From the NCBI GenBank assembly GCA_013154175.1, contig JAADCZ010000110.1, forward strand, positions 1 to 61,032: a stretch of 61,032 bases of DNA, given 5' to 3'. Numbering within the stretch: the first letter of the stretch is position 1; each line of letters starts with the position of its first letter. Shown here in pieces: positions 36,059 to 44,408 of this stretch. The DNA is from Thermodesulfobacteriota bacterium (GTDB lineage: Bacteria > Desulfobacterota > Dissulfuribacteria > Dissulfuribacterales > QOAL01). The notes below the pieces were generated by a model. The model searched no databases. It was given only the letters and a program-made list of their open reading frames with translations, and was not told where the DNA came from. The position numbers and the translations under genes were made by a program.

Positions 36059-36892
36059 CTAGCCGCTCCTTAAAAGTGACATCAGCGTAACCCCTGAATA
36101 AGCAAATGTCCACATGAGAATAAGCGTGTAGAGGGACATGGAATTTCGCACCCAAGGCAGCAAAAAAAGCACCAACAGGGGCACTGCAGGAAAAATCACG
36201 CCTGCAACCAGGGGGTCGAAATAGCGAAGCAGTTCCTGGATTCCCAAGAAGAACCAAGGGCCCTTTATCAGATGGGCATTGAAGGCAGGCAAGTCAATGG
36301 GAGCACGGATCATTGAACAAAACACCACGGTTAGTGCCAGAGCAAGCCCAAAGGCAGCCAGAGTGATTCGCACCCTCTTAAGGTGATACCATGTACAAAG
36401 GAGCCAGCATACGAACCCGGCGAATATGTGAACTGCATAAAGCCTGTTGAGGCCGTCACCAGATATATTCATGAGCATCTTGTCTATAATCTCGCCAAAG
36501 ACGGGAATGCGTAAGAAAAGATGCTCCGCTATGGCACCAGCGGCCTGACCAGTGGCATCGTAGCGCAGAACATAACCGGAAAACAGGGCATAGATACCTA
36601 TGGGAACAGCCAGGGCCACTATGGTCCAGTGCAACTTGAGCCGCCTTGGGGCAACCCCATCCGCCACCTTGTGCCTCAGGTCAATTACATGAAGAACCAT
36701 CATGACTACAAATAGCTGGCTGGTCCAAAAATGGACGGATCTGAAAAAGGAGCCAAAGGGAAGAACGGCCTCTATAGCCACAGAGGAAACAAAGGGCGTG
36801 GCTGCCTCATACTGATACGCCACTATGAAGCCGCTGAGCAGGGATAGAAGCAGCAAGGCGCCGGCAAGATGGCCATAGGTAATTTTCTTCAT
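36059..36892 (-). CDS. Cytochrome b (b6-type histidine spacing) of a Rieske/cyt b complex
   Basis: It has two bis-His helices (VHFWTSQLFVVMMVLH, H-x13-H; VHIFAGFVCWLLCTWYH, H-x14-H). The N-terminal LSGFIVAYQY...AFxS-like segment is present. ATG 36892 overlaps the Rieske TGA (ATGA). The track extension to 37075 is rejected. Confidence 0.85.
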   Translation of the reverse strand: MKKITYGHLAGALLLLSLLSGFIVAYQYEAATPFVSSVAIEAVLPFGSFFRSVHFWTSQLFVVMMVLHVIDLRHKVADGVAPRRLKLHWTIVALAVPIGIYALFSGYVLRYDATGQAAGAIAEHLFLRIPVFGEIIDKMLMNISGDGLNRLYAVHIFAGFVCWLLCTWYHLKRVRITLAAFGLALALTVVFCSMIRAPIDLPAFNAHLIKGPWFFLGIQELLRYFDPLVAGVIFPAVPLLVLFLLPWVRNSMSLYTLILMWTFAYSGVTLMSLLRSG

Positions 36893-37284
36893 CGTGGGAT
36901 ATACACCAGGTAACCTGCACCGTTTTCCAATGTCTTCACCTTGAACTTTTGCAAATCCTTCTTGGCCGGGCCGGCAATGTATTTGCCCGATTTGGTAAAT
37001 TTGCTCTGGTGACAAGGGCAAAGAAACATGGATTTTTCCTCGATAAAGTTGATACGGCAGCCCAAATGGGTACACGTCCGTGATACAGCCACAGGCCCCT
37101 TGGATGTTTCAAACAGCACAAACTCAGGCTCTACCAAAAATTGGCCAGGCTTCAACACCCGGGAGATTCGCCGTTCTAGAGGCGGGCGGTATCTCTGGCT
37201 CTTCCAGAAGGAAATTACTGGCAAGGTCAAAACTGTAAAAAATACACCAGAAAGCCATTTTTTCAAAAGAGATCTTCTTGTCAA
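36889..37284 (-). CDS. Rieske [2Fe-2S] protein with twin-arginine signal anchor
   Basis: Box I is CTHLGC and box II is CPCH. The N-terminus TRRSLLKKWLSGVFFTVLTL is a Tat motif plus helix. TTG start lies 7 nt after GGGAGA. Confidence 0.87.
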   Translation of the reverse strand: MTRRSLLKKWLSGVFFTVLTLPVISFWKSQRYRPPLERRISRVLKPGQFLVEPEFVLFETSKGPVAVSRTCTHLGCRINFIEEKSMFLCPCHQSKFTKSGKYIAGPAKKDLQKFKVKTLENGAGYLVYIPR

Positions 37285-37373
37285 GAACTATTCTCCCGGA
37301 ACTTTTTAGAAAACAAACAGTTTAACAAAAAAACCCCGCCTTATCCACTCGAATAAAAAAAATGGCTCGTTAA

Positions 37374-37595
37374 TTATTTCCTAAATATGGAAAACAGGAG
37401 TGTAAGAATGACACTGATTAAGAGTGAAGTAGCAAGTGGAAAATAGAATGTGAAATTCCCCTTTCTTATGACAATATCGCCTGGTAGGCGTCCGATTAAG
37501 GGAATTTTGGGCAGGAACATCATGAAAAGACCGGCGATAACCATCAAAACGCCAAAGATGAGAAGCATCTTGCCTATCTCATACATTGGATTCAT
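37374..37595 (-). CDS. DUF2905-family small membrane protein
   Basis: About 73 aa with two hydrophobic helices and the central motif GRLPGDIVIRKGNFTFYFP. I prefer the start at MNPMYE. It overlaps the queH 3' end. Confidence 0.7.
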   Translation of the reverse strand: MNPMYEIGKMLLIFGVLMVIAGLFMMFLPKIPLIGRLPGDIVIRKGNFTFYFPLATSLLISVILTLLFSIFRK

Positions 37596-38178
37596 TGCCC
37601 TGGCCCTCCTTTTCATTCATACGTTTTTCTAGTCGTTTCATTCTCTTGGAATACCTTTCTGCCTCGCTGAATACACAGCCGCAATAGGGCTGGCGATAAA
37701 TACCCATGGCCCTGGATTCATCTATACCAGCCTGCCAGCCTTCGCGAAAATCATGATAATAAAATTCAATACCAAATTTTTCAGCCTTCTCTTGCCCAAT
37801 CTCTTTTATCAACTGGTGGCGCTGATATTTGCTATATAGCAAGGTTGTGGAAAAATGGCTGAAACCCCTCTCTTTTGCCTCCTTTGCCGCCCTTTCAAGA
37901 CGCACATCATAACAGATCGGGCATCTCTTCCCAGAATCCAGGTTCTTGCCCACCTGCAGGATCCAGCTTTGCAAGCCATAGCCCTCCTGCGCCCATATAA
38001 CATTGAATCTTTTGTGTTTGGCCACCTCTTCGAGGGCCAATACCCTGCGTTCAAACTCAAGAAAGGGGTGAATATTGGGGTTGAAAAAAAAACCTTCGAA
38101 CTCAACGCCCAATTCCTTCAGCACATTCACTGGGTAGATGGCGCAAGGCCCACAACAGACGTGCAATAAAATTTTCAT
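37579..38178 (-). CDS. queH: Epoxyqueuosine reductase QueH (DUF208)
   Basis: The N-terminus MKILLHVCCGPCA and the later motifs CPICY and QPYCGC are present. I prefer ATG 38178. Confidence 0.9.
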   Translation of the reverse strand: MKILLHVCCGPCAIYPVNVLKELGVEFEGFFFNPNIHPFLEFERRVLALEEVAKHKRFNVIWAQEGYGLQSWILQVGKNLDSGKRCPICYDVRLERAAKEAKERGFSHFSTTLLYSKYQRHQLIKEIGQEKAEKFGIEFYYHDFREGWQAGIDESRAMGIYRQPYCGCVFSEAERYSKRMKRLEKRMNEKEGQGNESNV

Positions 38179-38320
38179 AATCAAAATATTAATCTGGAAT
38201 GGTGAAGGTGCAACATCCGCGGGGCTTACACGGATGGTGAAGATTGTGAGTTTTGTTGCATGATTCCCTATTGTCTTTCATCTTTGTGGCATTACTTTTT
38301 CTATAAAAAAGGAGACCGCC

Positions 38321-40843
38321 ATGCATCCTAGCAGGTACCTTCCCCGTAAACTTCCTGAAAAACTCAAAGGTCTTGCCGAGCTCGCAGTGGATATGCGTTG
38401 GAGCTGGGACAGAAACGCAGAAGAGCTCTGGCGACGCATCGACTCTGAAATGTGGGATGCCACTGGCAACCCGTGGTTCATCCTGGAAAGCGTGAGTCAG
38501 GATAAACTGGATGAACTTGCCAAGGACGAATCCTTTCTCGAACTCATTAAAAGGCAGTTAAACCGCATGAAGCAGGCCCAGGAACAGCCTGCCTGGTTCC
38601 AGAAGAACCATTCCGCTTCAGATGTCTCTGGTATTGCCTATTTCAGCATGGAATTTGGTCTCAGTGAGGCCTTGCCCATTTACTCGGGAGGCCTTGGCAT
38701 TCTTGCCGGCGACCACCTCAAAACCGCAAATGACCTTGGGGTGCCCCTTTACGGAATTGGTCTCTTGTATCAGCAAGGCTACTTCCGCCAGGCCGTGGAT
38801 GCCTATGGCAACCAGCTCGAGTTCTACCCCTACAACGACCCTGTCATGCTTCCCGTCATGCCACTGCTCAACGGCCAGGGTGACTGGCTTCTAATAAATG
38901 TGGAACTGCCTGGCCGCACCCTTATCCTAAAAACCTGGCAGGTCAGAATAGGCAGGGTGAGACTATTCCTCCTTGACAGCAATGATCCGCGTAACACACC
39001 ACAAGACAGGGGTATCACCAGCAAGCTCTATGGTGGCGGTGAGGAAATGAGGCTTCAGCAGGAGATTGCGCTGGGCATTGGTGGCTGGAGACTCCTAGAG
39101 GCCCTAGGACTCAACTGTGATGTGTGTCATTTGAATGAAGGGCATGCAGCCTTCGCAGCCATTGAACGGGCAAAGGGCTTTATGAAACTTACTGGCTGTT
39201 CCTTTGAGGTGGCTGTCAATTGTATCAGGGCCGGAAATATCTTTACCACACATACACCGGTCGATGCCGCCTTTGATCGGTATCCAGCCAGCATGTTCGC
39301 CCCATACGCCCGCCTTTACTCAAAGCAGGTTGGCCTGGAGGAGAAGGAATTCTATGCCCTTGGCCGCGTAAACCCCCATGACGACAACGAGCCCTTCAAC
39401 ATGGCGTATCTGGCCATGAAGTGCTCCCTTTTCATAAATGGTGTAAGCAGGTTACACGGCAAGGTGAGCCGTCACATCTTCAAGTCTCTGTTCCCCAGGT
39501 GGCCCTTGAGAGAGATCCCCATTGGTCATGTCACGAACGCAGTGCATGTGCCTTCTTGGGAGTCAAAAAATTCAGATGTCTTGTGGTCAGGGGTCTGCGG
39601 ACGAGACAGATGGCTCGGTACCCTCGAGACCATCAAGGAAAGGATAGAGGGAATTTCCGATGAGGAGCTTTGGGAGCTCAGGGCCAAGGGCCGAATGGAA
39701 CTCATCGAGTTTGTAAGAAAGCGCCTGAAATGGCAGGCGGCAGCATCTGGCCTGGAGGCTCCGGCCGATGCCTATGACGAAATCCTCGACCCAAATGCCC
39801 TCACCCTTGGTTTTGCAAGGCGATTTACCGAATACAAACGCCCAACACTCTTGCTGACTGACCCAGACAGACTCGCCCACATCCTCAATGTGGCAGGCAA
39901 ACCTGTGCAGTTGCTCATTGCTGGCAAGGCACATCCCAACGACTTCATTGGAAAAGAGATGATTCGTCAGTGGTTCACCTTTCTGAAAAGGGATGATGTC
40001 TTTGGCAAGGTAATCTTCATTCAGGACTATGACATGATGGTGGCGAAGAAACTGGTCCAGGGGGTGGATGTATGGATAAACAACCCCAGAAGGCCTTGGG
40101 AGGCCAGTGGCACCAGTGGTATGAAGTTGCTGGTCAATGGCGGGCTCAATCTTTCTGAGCTGGACGGCTGGTGGGCAGAGGCCTACTCGCCAGACGTCGG
40201 CTGGGCGATAGGTGACGGCAAGGAACACGATCACGACCCTGAATGGGACAGGATCGAAGCCAATGAGCTGTATGAGCATCTGGAAAATGACATAATTCCA
40301 ACATTTTACCAACGGGACGAAATGGGCATCCCAAGAAAATGGGTGGCAATGATGAAGGCCAGCATGTCTAGGCTCACTCCCCAGTTTTCCACCAACAGGA
40401 TGTTGAGACAGTATGTTGAGGAATACTACATTCCTGCAGCACGGGCCTTTAGCAAAAGGGCCCGTAACAATGGGGAACTAGGCCAGAAATTGCATGAATG
40501 GCAAAGATCAATAGACCGCCACTGGAAAGGTATATATTTTGGCAATCTCGAATGTGACCGAAGTGAAAGATCTTATATCGTAAAGTTGCAGGTCTATCTC
40601 GATGGTCTTGATACGGAAATGATTGAGGTACAGTGCTATGCAGACCCCATTAATGAAGATGGCGAACCGGAAATCTGGAAAATGGTACCCAAGGAACCAT
40701 TGAAAGGTGCCATCAACGGTTACCTCTATCAGACTGAAATCGTAACCGATCGGCCCTTTTCCCACTACACCCCAAGAATCATCCCTAGGCATCCCGAGGC
40801 CAGGATTCCCTTGGAAAACTCCAGGATATTGTGGTTCAAGTAA
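38321..40843 (+). CDS. glgP: Alpha-glucan phosphorylase (GlgP family with DUF3417-type N-terminus)
   Basis: 840 aa. The N-terminus LAELAVDMRWSW, the segments YFSMEFG and LNEGHAAF, and the PLP-lysine motif EASGTSGMK are present. AAGGAGA RBS is present. Confidence 0.92.
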   Translation: MHPSRYLPRKLPEKLKGLAELAVDMRWSWDRNAEELWRRIDSEMWDATGNPWFILESVSQDKLDELAKDESFLELIKRQLNRMKQAQEQPAWFQKNHSASDVSGIAYFSMEFGLSEALPIYSGGLGILAGDHLKTANDLGVPLYGIGLLYQQGYFRQAVDAYGNQLEFYPYNDPVMLPVMPLLNGQGDWLLINVELPGRTLILKTWQVRIGRVRLFLLDSNDPRNTPQDRGITSKLYGGGEEMRLQQEIALGIGGWRLLEALGLNCDVCHLNEGHAAFAAIERAKGFMKLTGCSFEVAVNCIRAGNIFTTHTPVDAAFDRYPASMFAPYARLYSKQVGLEEKEFYALGRVNPHDDNEPFNMAYLAMKCSLFINGVSRLHGKVSRHIFKSLFPRWPLREIPIGHVTNAVHVPSWESKNSDVLWSGVCGRDRWLGTLETIKERIEGISDEELWELRAKGRMELIEFVRKRLKWQAAASGLEAPADAYDEILDPNALTLGFARRFTEYKRPTLLLTDPDRLAHILNVAGKPVQLLIAGKAHPNDFIGKEMIRQWFTFLKRDDVFGKVIFIQDYDMMVAKKLVQGVDVWINNPRRPWEASGTSGMKLLVNGGLNLSELDGWWAEAYSPDVGWAIGDGKEHDHDPEWDRIEANELYEHLENDIIPTFYQRDEMGIPRKWVAMMKASMSRLTPQFSTNRMLRQYVEEYYIPAARAFSKRARNNGELGQKLHEWQRSIDRHWKGIYFGNLECDRSERSYIVKLQVYLDGLDTEMIEVQCYADPINEDGEPEIWKMVPKEPLKGAINGYLYQTEIVTDRPFSHYTPRIIPRHPEARIPLENSRILWFK

Positions 40844-40889
40844 ACCCTCTCTTTCATTTTGATTCGATTATGTGAACAAGGAGAAGATC

Positions 40890-41438
40890 ATGAAAGATTC
40901 ATTAAAAGTTGCAGTTGCGGTGGTACTTATTCTGGTATTTTTTATGGTTTCCTCAATATACGCCATGGAACTTAAAAGGAGTGAAAGAAAGTGGTCTGGC
41001 TCCCTCGAGTTGGGCTCTACCTTCAATGGCTCCCCTGCCCTAAGGATCGTTGGCGCATACTGGCTCCCCAAATATCTGCAGATTTGGAAATATGGCGTGG
41101 GTTTCATGAGACTGGAACTGGATACCGGCATCCTGGATAATAGTGACACCACCCTCGACGTAGGATTCCAACCTGTATTCAGGTATGAATGCCACAGATC
41201 TGATAGTATCTGGCCATACATTGACCTTGGGGCAGGAATACATTTTCTGTCTAGGGCAAACATCAATGGCAGACAGCTCGGGGCTGCTCAACAATTTTCA
41301 CTACTTGCCGCCATGGGTGTTTCCTTTAAAAGTGGAATAGAGATAGGCTACAGATACTTGCATATCTCGAACGCCAACCTGCACTCTCATAACGATGGAC
41401 GGGACGAACATCTGGGCGTGGTCACATTTTTCTTTTAG
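40890..41438 (+). CDS. Lipid A 3-O-deacylase (PagL)-like outer-membrane acyloxyacyl hydrolase
   Basis: It has a signal peptide, a small beta-barrel, the catalytic-type H-x-S-N motif (YLHISNANL) and the terminal VVTFFF. ATG 40890 lies 5 nt after AAGGAGA. Confidence 0.72.
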   Translation: MKDSLKVAVAVVLILVFFMVSSIYAMELKRSERKWSGSLELGSTFNGSPALRIVGAYWLPKYLQIWKYGVGFMRLELDTGILDNSDTTLDVGFQPVFRYECHRSDSIWPYIDLGAGIHFLSRANINGRQLGAAQQFSLLAAMGVSFKSGIEIGYRYLHISNANLHSHNDGRDEHLGVVTFFF

Positions 41439-41498
41439 GAAAAACCACGAAACTGTCAGCTCGTTCAAAAGAGGGTAACAATAAAGCATCTATGTATA

Positions 41499-41520
41499 GG
41501 GGTGGCCTCAACGCCACCCC
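41499..41520. repeat. Perfect 8-bp inverted repeat (hairpin) downstream of the pagL-like gene
   Basis: GGGGTGGC-CTCAAC-GCCACCCC. No U-tract follows, so it may be a weak terminator or a protein-binding site. Confidence 0.5.
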
Positions 41521-41768
41521 TGTACCGTCAATACTTTCCTGCCTCCTTATAGAAAAAATCTCCACATTTGGCCAGCCACTTACCAGCCACATCCTCCCTG
41601 GAACTACCTTAGGCTGGCATTAAAAATTTTTCTAAAATTTTTTACAAAAATCTTCTTAATAAAAATTAACTCCCGATCGATAATTATATTGTGAAACTTT
41701 TTGATTGAGACTTCTCTGGTCAAATTCATTGATAATCCAGTCATGGGATTAAATAAGGAGGTTAACCT

Positions 41769-43097
41769 ATGTATCCATTCTGGGAAGTGCCCTTTTTTAC
41801 GTCAGGTCTCGTTATTGCCCTGATAGCCACCTTCCACATATTACCGTGCCATTTGGCCACAGGCGCCTTTTGGTTCAACGTATATGTGGAACGAAAGGCC
41901 TATAAACAAAACAGGCCGGAGCTTTTGGAGTTTATTAAAAAATTTTCATTACTGATTCTGATTTTCTGCTTTGTCATTGGTTCTCTGTCGGGGGTTGGTA
42001 TCTGGTATGCTGCGACAGTGGCCAGCCCTAGGGGGATCTCTGGCCTCATTCACAACTATGTCTGGGGATGGGCCACTGAGTGGGTATTTTTCATCATCGA
42101 AATCGCAGCCATCTATGTCTACTACTACACGATAGGCAAGATTGACCCCAAAAGCCACCTGATGCTGGGCTGGCTTTACGCATGGGCTGCCTGGATAAGC
42201 ATGGTTATCATCACAGGCATTCTGGCCTTTATGCTCTCTGCTGGAAAATGGGTGGAAACAGGCGGCTTTTTCGACGGATTCTTCAACGAAACCTACTGGC
42301 CACAGCTATTTACAAGAACCGCCTTCATGTTTGGCATAGCAGGCGTCTATGCGGCCATAGTTGCCAGCACCATCAAAAACAAGAAGGTCAAGGACGAGAT
42401 CATTCGCACAGCTGGTCTGTGGGGAGTGGTTGGCATGCTGGCCGGAGTTGTATTTGCAGCCTGGTATCTCTACAAACTGCCACCCCATGCAAAGGAGCTA
42501 TGGCTCGATGAAAGCCTTCCTTACCTCAGCCATCTAATTAACATCGCTGCATTGGCCTACGCTATAGTCTTCGTCTGGTTTGTCATCTGCTGCATCGTAA
42601 AGCCAAAACTTGCAGGCCCTGTAAGCGGAGTCATCATCCTTCTGGTTCTCTTTATGGGAATAGGTGCAGGGGAAGGCTTCAGGGAAGGCATCAGAAGACC
42701 ATACATCATCGACCAATATATGTATGGCAATCAGATTGTTGCCAGGGATATACCGGCCAAACACATCAAGGCGGAAATTCCCAAGTTTGACAAAGAAGGC
42801 TTTCTCACCCACCTCTTTTTCAAACCAGACAAGATAGACCCTGAAAATTCCAGGGACCTCCTCTTGGCAGGTAATGTGATCGTCCACCATCAGTGTGGCA
42901 ACTGCCATGCCCTGGACCGGTTTGGCAAGCTTAGACCTTTGCCAGAGCTTCTGGAAAATCTTTCACCTGAGTCTCCCGAAGACATCGAAGGGCTACTTGA
43001 GTCCCTTGGAGACTATCCCTACATGCCGCCATTTGCCGGAAACGATTTGGACAGAAAGGCTGCATCTGAATATCTCTTTTCCATAGTAAGGAGGTAA
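41769..43097 (+). CDS. Cytochrome bd subunit I (CydA)-like membrane protein with C-terminal mono-haem c domain
   Basis: 442 aa. The N-terminal helix with His (LIATFHILPCHLATGAFWF) parallels the CydA TAMYHFLFVPLTLG. The acidic helix ATEWVFFIIEIAAIYVYYY parallels LAIEGLMAFFLESTF. GFREGIRRPYII parallels AEYGRQPW. The CxxCH motif (CGNCH) lies at nt 42894-42908. AAGGAGG RBS is present. Confidence 0.7.
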   Translation: MYPFWEVPFFTSGLVIALIATFHILPCHLATGAFWFNVYVERKAYKQNRPELLEFIKKFSLLILIFCFVIGSLSGVGIWYAATVASPRGISGLIHNYVWGWATEWVFFIIEIAAIYVYYYTIGKIDPKSHLMLGWLYAWAAWISMVIITGILAFMLSAGKWVETGGFFDGFFNETYWPQLFTRTAFMFGIAGVYAAIVASTIKNKKVKDEIIRTAGLWGVVGMLAGVVFAAWYLYKLPPHAKELWLDESLPYLSHLINIAALAYAIVFVWFVICCIVKPKLAGPVSGVIILLVLFMGIGAGEGFREGIRRPYIIDQYMYGNQIVARDIPAKHIKAEIPKFDKEGFLTHLFFKPDKIDPENSRDLLLAGNVIVHHQCGNCHALDRFGKLRPLPELLENLSPESPEDIEGLLESLGDYPYMPPFAGNDLDRKAASEYLFSIVRR

Positions 43098-43100
43098 CAA

Positions 43101-44324
43101 ATGGACATTGCAACTTACTTAAACACAATGAGGGACCCAGCCGGACTCCCTTTTTACCCAATAATCTTTCAGTTTCTCCTTGTATTGACCTTTGCACTCC
43201 ACATCGTAATGGTCAATCTCGTTGTGGGAAGCACCTTTGTGGCTATTTGGGAAATATGGAAGAAAAACAAATATGGCCTGAGGCTATCAAAGGCCCTTGG
43301 CAGGGTGCTGACGGTCTCTCTATCCATTGCCATTGTATTAGGAGTTGCCCCGCTCCTTTTCGTTCAGGTTATCTATGATCCTTTTTGGTACACTGCCACG
43401 ACGATGTCCGCCTTTTGGGCACTCATGTTCCTTGTAGTCATAACCCTGGCCTTTTACGCGGCATACGGATTCTATTTAGGAAACAAAAAGGCTGATCTTA
43501 CAAGTGTAAAAACTGGATGGGCATGGGTCTCAGCGGGGTTTCTTATGTGCACCGCCCTGATTATTCACATGCTTTCCATGGAGCAGTTGGTTCCAGAGCA
43601 TTGGAAGGACTGGATAGTTTCTCCAAGTGGAATCGTATCCTATGCAGGGGGCGAATTTCACGCCATTGAATTGGGGCGACTGTTGCACTTTATCATTCCC
43701 TCCTTTGCAGTGACAGGTGTCTTCCTGATGCTCTATGCAGCCTACTTCCACGGAAGGGAAGATTATGACGAAGAATACCTGGACTATGTGGGGCAAAAAG
43801 GGGCGTGGCTGGCCTTCTGGGCATCTGCCCTTGCAATAGGAGCAGGTTTCTGGTGGCTTGGCCTTGTTCCCGCTGAGTTTCATTTTGCCAGAAACCCATT
43901 CTTCCTGGCAGGCGCCATCTTGGGGTTCATCACCACTGCATTCATAGGGGCCTCCATATCAAAGCCAAGGCAAAGGGCCCTTCCTGCTGCCGGACTCATG
44001 TTTCTCACCATCTTTACCATGAGTTGCGCCAGGGAGGCCTTGAGGATGAAACACATGTCTTTGTCTGGCTATTCCATTTATAACTATCCAGTGAATCCAG
44101 ATTGGCCTAGCACCATCCTTTTCTTCGCAACCTTTGTCATGGGGCTTTTTGTCCTTTACTTCCCAGCCATTGCCGCCTATCAGGCAGGAAAGGTGAAGGC
44201 TGGCGAGGTGGCTACCATCGATCCGGCCATTGGCAAAAAGGCTGTCACCGCCATGATTGCCTGGTTCGTCATCGTTGCCGGCCTTGGGATCGTTGTTTCA
44301 CTTAAAAACGGGGTGTTATTCTAG
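43101..44324 (+). CDS. Polytopic membrane protein partner of the CydA-like protein (possible second CydA-like/CydB-like subunit)
   Basis: 407 aa with about 9-10 hydrophobic helices. The first helix carries a His (LTFALHIVMVNLVVGSTF), mirroring the upstream protein. It starts 3 nt after the upstream stop, with AAGGAGG RBS. Confidence 0.55.
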   Translation: MDIATYLNTMRDPAGLPFYPIIFQFLLVLTFALHIVMVNLVVGSTFVAIWEIWKKNKYGLRLSKALGRVLTVSLSIAIVLGVAPLLFVQVIYDPFWYTATTMSAFWALMFLVVITLAFYAAYGFYLGNKKADLTSVKTGWAWVSAGFLMCTALIIHMLSMEQLVPEHWKDWIVSPSGIVSYAGGEFHAIELGRLLHFIIPSFAVTGVFLMLYAAYFHGREDYDEEYLDYVGQKGAWLAFWASALAIGAGFWWLGLVPAEFHFARNPFFLAGAILGFITTAFIGASISKPRQRALPAAGLMFLTIFTMSCAREALRMKHMSLSGYSIYNYPVNPDWPSTILFFATFVMGLFVLYFPAIAAYQAGKVKAGEVATIDPAIGKKAVTAMIAWFVIVAGLGIVVSLKNGVLF

Positions 44325-44349
44325 GCTGTAACCCCTAAAGTCTCTTAAA

Positions 44350-44382
44350 CAAAAAAAGGCGGCCAACTTAGGCCGCCTTTTT
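44350..44382. terminator. Bidirectional Rho-independent terminator between the bd-like operon and ppsA
   Basis: AAAAAAAA-GGCGGCC-AACTTA-GGCCGCC-TTTTT. Confidence 0.9.
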
Positions 44383-44408
44383 ACTTACCTGACTTTTAGG
44401 CCGTTATA

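Noticed and set aside
40868-41266. 132-aa minus-strand ORF overlapping the pagL-like gene
   Set aside because: The plus-strand frame has a signal peptide, an RBS, the H-x-S-N catalytic motif and a C-terminal aromatic barrel signature. The minus-strand ORF has none of these.
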